A stretch of DNA of 64,000 nucleotides from an uncultured virus (IMG/VR IMGVR_UViG_3300021197_001731) (lineage: Duplodnaviria > Heunggongvirae > Uroviricota > Caudoviricetes). Where the stretch lies: IMG/VR virus record IMGVR_UViG_3300021197_001731. One strand, given 5' to 3'. The position numbers and the translations under genes were made by a program. Every line of letters begins with the position of its first letter. Positions within the stretch are counted from its first letter, which is position 1. Of this stretch, positions 58,422 through 64,000 are shown one piece after another. A model generated the notes under the pieces. That model saw only the letters and a program-made list of their open reading frames with translations. It ran no database searches and was not told the origin of the DNA.

Positions 58422-58820
58422 ATGCTAACAGTACAGGAAGCACTATTGTTCCAAGCTGCTAAAGCTGAGCAGGATCGAATTGATGCGCAAGGAACTGCTG
58501 GTGTAATTGGAGGAATGACCGGTGCTGTTCTTGGAACTACCGGTGGAATGATTCCTCACAGTATTGGTAAGCAGATTAATAAAGTAAGAGGACGTACACC
58601 AGCCCAATTTAAACCAGGGCCACGTATGGCAGGTGGTCTAACTGGTCTGATCCTTGGTGGAGCTCTAGGTGCAGGTACTGCAGCAGTAATGAAGCAAGGC
58701 AACCCTGCCGCAAACGTACTTGCCAAGATTCAAGCTAAAGGTGAACTGACCGAATACGACGAGTACCAGCTTCAGCAAGTGCTTCGTGATATTTACAGCA
58801 ATCAATCGAGGATGGCGTAA
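58422..58820 (+). CDS. Gly-rich putative membrane/virion protein
   Basis: Two GxxxG hydrophobic segments. Confidence 0.6.
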   Translation: MLTVQEALLFQAAKAEQDRIDAQGTAGVIGGMTGAVLGTTGGMIPHSIGKQINKVRGRTPAQFKPGPRMAGGLTGLILGGALGAGTAAVMKQGNPAANVLAKIQAKGELTEYDEYQLQQVLRDIYSNQSRMA

Positions 58821-59317
58821 TGGAATTAGATGATTATCTAAAATCCAAAACTAGATTTCACCTAGGATATAACTCAGGTGCACAGCTACCAGCTGGAGAT
58901 CGTTCTAGGCTTGAAGAAGCAATGGCACTTGTGCCTGATGAACTTTGGTATAACGAGATTGTTTATCACATCAAACGTTGCGATAACGCTTGGAAAGTAA
59001 GTGCATACCTACCTGACGACATCCTAGATCCAACAGGTCAAGGCATCGTCAACTTCTCACGTCAAGAGATTATTTCAGGAGATGTTCAACGCACCATCTC
59101 ACAATCAGATCCGTTAAAAGGTGATGAGTACTTCCGTGAAATCTATTTACGAGAATGCGATCGATTGGCTGAGACTTTGTATGTTGCTAATTATCGTCGT
59201 CCTGAAGTACGGCGTTATGCCTTTGACCGTTCTGGTGCTGAGTTTATCTTGGCTGTGCCTGGTCCTGCAGACACTGCAGTAGGTTCAAGAATTGTTTTAC
59301 ATAATACTTGGCGATAA
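58820..59317 (+). CDS. Putative head-tail adaptor/connector protein
   Basis: KTRFHLGY N-terminus and position after the MCP block. Confidence 0.5.
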   Translation: MELDDYLKSKTRFHLGYNSGAQLPAGDRSRLEEAMALVPDELWYNEIVYHIKRCDNAWKVSAYLPDDILDPTGQGIVNFSRQEIISGDVQRTISQSDPLKGDEYFREIYLRECDRLAETLYVANYRRPEVRRYAFDRSGAEFILAVPGPADTAVGSRIVLHNTWR

Positions 59318-59352
59318 AGTAGAATATATCTAGGATATATAGCAAGAAGGTT

Positions 59353-59709
59353 ATGACACAAAAAATCACGATGGGTAGTCGCCTAAGTGATAGGCAAAGA
59401 GCTATTGATGCTGAAAATGCAATGCGTCAGTACGGTGGATACAATCCTAATGCTGGTGATATCCCTGCAGTACAGCCATCTGCACCATCATCAACAGCAA
59501 ATGCACCTGCTGATGATCCAATGGATCGAACAGGTAGTGTTGCCCTAGGTACATCAGGTACAGAGGAACCAAATCAATCTTCTGAACAATTCCAATCAAC
59601 CGCACTAAATGATCGCTTGGCGAACATTCAAAGAGGCATTGAACGGAGTGAAGGTAATGCATATAACTCTGGCTATAACAATCGTTCAGTAACTGGGAGC
59701 TTAGGCTAA
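59353..59709 (+). CDS. Hypothetical protein
   Basis: 118-aa ORF. Confidence 0.55.
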   Translation: MTQKITMGSRLSDRQRAIDAENAMRQYGGYNPNAGDIPAVQPSAPSSTANAPADDPMDRTGSVALGTSGTEEPNQSSEQFQSTALNDRLANIQRGIERSEGNAYNSGYNNRSVTGSLG

Positions 59710-60230
59710 TGAGTAGACGATCAAACTCTAAAAATTTAGATCCAATGCGCTTTGCACCAGAAGCAAAGTCACTATCCAATCTGCCTGGATCACCGGAGAA
59801 TACCAATCCGATGAACATGCGAACTGCAGGTCAAGAAAGTACTCCTCCTATTGGTGGATCAAGTATCTATAACGACTCCAACCAGAATGGTGTCTACCCA
59901 CAGATGGGATCAGCGGTACTTAATCCAATGCAGTACACGCCAACTCAGATGCATAACATGCCAACAGGTCAAAAGTTGAATGCTGGTTTTAACTATGGCC
60001 AACAACCACAGCCATCAGCAAATGCTGGTGACCCAATGGAAGGAATGCGTCTTGGTCAAAACGCACAAATGAAAGGCTTAATGGCACATCCTTATCTCGG
60101 AATGACAGGATCACCCGTGATTATTCCTGGAGCTATGGATCCAAGTCTCCCAGGCCAAGGTCAACCGTTGATGCAACCTATGATCACAGTAGACGGACAA
60201 AACAATTCTAAGAAAGGAGCTAAAGCGTAA
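59709..60230 (+). CDS. Hypothetical P/M/G-rich protein
   Basis: 173-aa coupled ORF. Confidence 0.55.
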   Translation: MSRRSNSKNLDPMRFAPEAKSLSNLPGSPENTNPMNMRTAGQESTPPIGGSSIYNDSNQNGVYPQMGSAVLNPMQYTPTQMHNMPTGQKLNAGFNYGQQPQPSANAGDPMEGMRLGQNAQMKGLMAHPYLGMTGSPVIIPGAMDPSLPGQGQPLMQPMITVDGQNNSKKGAKA

Positions 60231-60718
60231 TGGCTACTACAGCAACTAATAAACAACCCTTACTTGTTGATCGTGTTTTTCATAAAGCGGTCAGTGCTAT
60301 GTCATTGGCATCTGGTTCAGCTACATCCCTAGACATTGAAGGAACTAATCAATCCGCAGTGCTTGTGGACTGCAGTGCTAACGATGGTGCTGTTGTGGAA
60401 GACTTATATGTCATCGCACGTACAAGCACAGCTCAAGCCTATACAGCTCTCTTCTATCTAAGTTCTGCGGTTGATTACCTACGTCCAACAGAAGGTGTGT
60501 ATGTGGGTAAGTTGACAAGCTCAACGACTGCCGCTGCTAAAACATCAGCTACTGATCTTCCAAAAGTTCTTGCACCTCTTGCACATGTTGGATCTGATGC
60601 ACAAGTCCGTGCACTTTACATTCCTAAGGGAAATGTACTCTGGTGCACTCTTCAGTTAGCAGGATCAGTCAACACTACTGATACTCCAATCATTGCAGCG
60701 CAAGGCGGCTTCTATTAA
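60230..60718 (+). CDS. Putative tail structural protein
   Basis: TNKQPLLVDR...QGGFY, beta-rich. Confidence 0.55.
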   Translation: MATTATNKQPLLVDRVFHKAVSAMSLASGSATSLDIEGTNQSAVLVDCSANDGAVVEDLYVIARTSTAQAYTALFYLSSAVDYLRPTEGVYVGKLTSSTTAAAKTSATDLPKVLAPLAHVGSDAQVRALYIPKGNVLWCTLQLAGSVNTTDTPIIAAQGGFY

Positions 60719-60722
60719 GGCA

Positions 60723-62486
60723 ATGCCTAGAAAGAAAAATGGATATGGAAACTTTAATGTAAACAATATAAAAGGTGTAAACAGTTCGTTTGACAAGGGG
60801 AAAGGATCAGCATCTGCAGGTAACTATCCTGCAGTCCGATCATTTGGGTCCACAATAACCAGAAGTGCTATTGAGCAATACAACTTAGAAAGTACATGGA
60901 GCAGATGGAGACGTGGTCTTGAATATTATTACCAAGGTGCATACCTAGACTTCACACAAACAGATGCTGTGCTTTATCAAGGAACAGCCTTTGAAGTTCC
61001 TGTAACATTTATTGGTCAGCGCTTTGCAACTAAGAACGCAGACAGTAGAACTCATTATGCAATTCGACGTGAGGTTGATCAAAATCAACAGTTAGGTGTA
61101 ATCGTTGAAAGATATAACGATGAATATGCATACCCCGAATACAAGCGTGCAAAAGAAATCTGGCTAAAAGTTGACACGTCAGCGGGCTATTCAGACGATT
61201 TACTTTTACGATCAGTTGGTGAGCGAATAACTGATGGCGTAACTGCTGCGAATATTTCATGGGTGCTCACATCTGCTAAGCACCCTGCAGTGTATCTAGG
61301 TAAATCACAAGCAAAAGGAGTAGTAGCAGTAACGACTGTCTCATTGAGTGATGTATTAGCAACTAAATTTATTACTAACAACAATGGAGATATCCAGTCA
61401 CTAGTAGGTGAAGCAGTCAATATGCCTGACTTCTATCAAAATAGAACGATCAGCGCCTTAGATAAATTTACAGATTATCCATATGAGTTCCGTGTAAATC
61501 TTACAGAAACAATAACTAGCGCGTCAATTCAAATTCTAGATACTAGTACAGGACTGCCACCAACGCTAGGTGAAATCAATACTGCAAATCAAATTTTTAG
61601 CACAACAACTGCAACCAGTTCATTGGAAGGCGACTTTGTCTATGAGAAGGAACGATATCAACGGTTCTTTGGACAGCAGTATTTAACAGCTGATTTGGTT
61701 AGATCTGAGTTGACACAGCTCGCATACGGAGTATTACCTTGGAGCATTCAATCAGTTAAAGCTGATGTCGCAAATAACGAACTAACAATTACATCTGAAC
61801 CGTTTCAAAGCAGTCTGCAATTATATACACCTAGTGAAACACATCGATATATAATTATGCCAGAAAAAGGATTCACAATTAAGACTCCAGACGAAGATGA
61901 AGATGGTAATTACAAACATGCACCACCAATGCCTGGAGAAAAACTTTGGGAAAAAATTGACTTAGCGGTAGACCCATGGATAGACGAAATATTTTCAAAC
62001 AATCAACCCTTGTCTATATCAGAGATCTATACCTGTAGTTGTCCAGCCTATCTTCATGCTGTATTGCGGAACCCTGAATCAACTGATGATGATGGCAAAA
62101 AGATTAACAGACAGCAACGTCTTCCAACACCTACTGCAAAAGGTGCTTCAACTTATGAAGCCAATGGATTGCTAAAAACAGTAGGCATTGCGGAGTCATG
62201 GGCCACAGATGAATACAAAAAAAGCTTTAAGGTTTGCAAGCACACCATCGCTGCAATGTTTATCGACAAGGTACGAGTAATGGAACCTAATACATTTCCA
62301 AGTGCTGATGCTCGTGAGAAGTTTGAAGCAAAATTAGCCAAAGACATTGAGGAAGTTGCTGAAGAATTTACGGCACAGTTAAGACGATCGGAGATGACTC
62401 AAATAGAAGTTATATATGCGCTAGCAGAGGCGTTAAACCTTGATGACGTAGAAATTGGTTATGTGTTATTAACAAGTAAATTCTAA
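60723..62486 (+). CDS. Putative tail-region protein with SWIM-type zinc finger
   Basis: YTCSCPAY...CKH motif; start ATG 60723. Confidence 0.6.
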   Translation: MPRKKNGYGNFNVNNIKGVNSSFDKGKGSASAGNYPAVRSFGSTITRSAIEQYNLESTWSRWRRGLEYYYQGAYLDFTQTDAVLYQGTAFEVPVTFIGQRFATKNADSRTHYAIRREVDQNQQLGVIVERYNDEYAYPEYKRAKEIWLKVDTSAGYSDDLLLRSVGERITDGVTAANISWVLTSAKHPAVYLGKSQAKGVVAVTTVSLSDVLATKFITNNNGDIQSLVGEAVNMPDFYQNRTISALDKFTDYPYEFRVNLTETITSASIQILDTSTGLPPTLGEINTANQIFSTTTATSSLEGDFVYEKERYQRFFGQQYLTADLVRSELTQLAYGVLPWSIQSVKADVANNELTITSEPFQSSLQLYTPSETHRYIIMPEKGFTIKTPDEDEDGNYKHAPPMPGEKLWEKIDLAVDPWIDEIFSNNQPLSISEIYTCSCPAYLHAVLRNPESTDDDGKKINRQQRLPTPTAKGASTYEANGLLKTVGIAESWATDEYKKSFKVCKHTIAAMFIDKVRVMEPNTFPSADAREKFEAKLAKDIEEVAEEFTAQLRRSEMTQIEVIYALAEALNLDDVEIGYVLLTSKF

Positions 62487-62523
62487 TCAAATACAATAGA
62501 TAAAGAAACATGTGAGTGTAGTT

Positions 62524-64000
62524 GTGACCTCAAGTAATGAAAACTACCAAGGCGTATTGGATGCTATTAATGAACTACGTGCACGTAATGGCGAGTCTGC
62601 TCAAAACAATCCACCAAACTGGAAAGGTATTATTAATGCCTTACAGTCACTAAACAAATGGGGACAGGTAGAAAACGGAGATACTCCACCAGGATATGTA
62701 CCTGATTACGATTCAGGAGGCAGCATAACCGGCAGTCACTACAATCCACAGCCTGATAATGGTCGTCTGTGGTTTGATATACGATCGGGCCGTCTGCTTA
62801 TTTGGCAAGATGATGGTTGGTATCAAACTAACGGTGCTGACGGTCTACCATTCTTTGCTACCTCTGCTCCTGCTTCAGAAGTCCCAGGTGCACTTTGGTT
62901 TAATACAGCAAACTTAAATCTATATATCTATGATGGCAGCAACTGGATCTTAATTTCAAGTCCTACAGGCGCAACAACCACAACAGCACTCCCATTAACC
63001 TCAGCAGAAAGTAACTTATTCCCTGTTCCCGCTAATATACAAACGCAGAATCAAGCCAATACTTACTTTATTGGAGCTGTATCTACACTACAAACCAACG
63101 TTACAGCGTTGCAAACAGAACAAGCTGCACCTATCTCAGCTTCTGCACCTAGCGCAACAACAGCTGGTGAGTTTTGGTTTAATAGTACAACGTTAGAACT
63201 AAGGGTGTCTTACGGAGGAGCATGGGTGCCTGCTTCTCTGCCGTTAACGGATGATACAGATTTTGTAGCACTGAGTACTACTGTTACCAACAACTACACA
63301 ACCACAACCAATCTGATTACAGCATCTAATGTTCGCATCACAGCACTAGAGAATGCACCACTACGTACGTTAACGCTTGCAGTCGATACTAATGAAAAAG
63401 CAATTGTACTAAATGATAGTGCTGCAACAAATACTCAAGTTAAGTTTTTGGGTACAAATGGAATTGGTATAACAGTAACAGCTTCAGATATAACAGTCGA
63501 TGCTGCTGGTGTTCTTACAGCTGCCAGTGGATTAATTACAGCAACTGGATGGGGGACAGCAATTACTAACCTGACAACCAGGACCACCGCTTTAGAGACA
63601 GATGTAACTACTTTGCAGAATACACCAGTTGTATCAGTTAGTGCATTCAATACGCTAAATACCACCGTTAGTGGCTTACCTACAACCTCTGACTTGAACC
63701 TGAAAGTTGACAAAAGTAGTCCATCATTTACTACCGACGTAGACTTCAATAACAATCGCTTACTTCAAGTAGGCACAGCTACTGCATCAACAGATGGCGT
63801 AAACAAGGCGTATGCGGACGCAATCAAAACGTATGCAGATAATACTTTTATTACTCAAACGACCAGTACATTAGGCAACCTAATTATTAGTCGTACAAAT
63901 CTAAGTGCGCCTGCTCTTGATTTCTCAGGATCTCATACTAATAGTTTTGAAGCATTTAAATTCAAGACATATGGTGGATCAGGAACGGTCACATTTGGTG
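62524..64000 (+). CDS. Tail fibre-like protein, truncated by the window edge
   Basis: Not in the ORF track. GTG start; ENYQGVLDAI, NWKGIINAL, repeated G.LWF...L.I..W units and T/A-rich coiled segments. Confidence 0.75.
   Translation, partial: MTSSNENYQGVLDAINELRARNGESAQNNPPNWKGIINALQSLNKWGQVENGDTPPGYVPDYDSGGSITGSHYNPQPDNGRLWFDIRSGRLLIWQDDGWYQTNGADGLPFFATSAPASEVPGALWFNTANLNLYIYDGSNWILISSPTGATTTTALPLTSAESNLFPVPANIQTQNQANTYFIGAVSTLQTNVTALQTEQAAPISASAPSATTAGEFWFNSTTLELRVSYGGAWVPASLPLTDDTDFVALSTTVTNNYTTTTNLITASNVRITALENAPLRTLTLAVDTNEKAIVLNDSAATNTQVKFLGTNGIGITVTASDITVDAAGVLTAASGLITATGWGTAITNLTTRTTALETDVTTLQNTPVVSVSAFNTLNTTVSGLPTTSDLNLKVDKSSPSFTTDVDFNNNRLLQVGTATASTDGVNKAYADAIKTYADNTFITQTTSTLGNLIISRTNLSAPALDFSGSHTNSFEAFKFKTYGGSGTVTFG

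Overview
This window is a large part of an uncultured marine cyanophage (Synechococcus/Prochlorococcus-infecting, tailed dsDNA phage), with two 100-N assembly gaps at 7888-7987 and 17846-17945. It has two divergent arms separated by a non-coding region at about 33.4-34.0 kb. The left arm is mostly on the minus strand. It carries a split T7-like family A DNA polymerase, a VirE-type primase-helicase, an exonuclease, SSBs, thyX, a compact class I ribonucleotide reductase (RNR), a MazG-like protein, IF-1, a thioredoxin-fold protein, a SET-domain protein, hli, psbA with an EndoVII-type endonuclease beside it, RlpA, DUF932, tRNA-Asp and many small early-type genes. The right arm is mostly on the plus strand. 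It carries putative internal virion proteins, TerL, portal, scaffold, a cyanobacterial RpoD-family sigma factor, major capsid protein and tail genes. The most notable signals are: (1) about 17 copies of an intergenic element made of a sequence-variable, covarying stem with an RTTA-type loop and a pentamer exactly 18 nt away, each in front of an early gene; (2) two tandem intein-like Hint domains in a putative DNA-pilot protein; (3) a SET domain between an Arg-rich basic protein and a Met/Pro-rich protein; (4) a cluster of apparently catalytically dead deaminase, methyltransferase and HNH homologues; (5) a recurrent R-(M/F/L)-A motif in putative virion proteins; (6) two homologous origin-like elements. 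All calls come from motif recognition by eye; no database searches were run.
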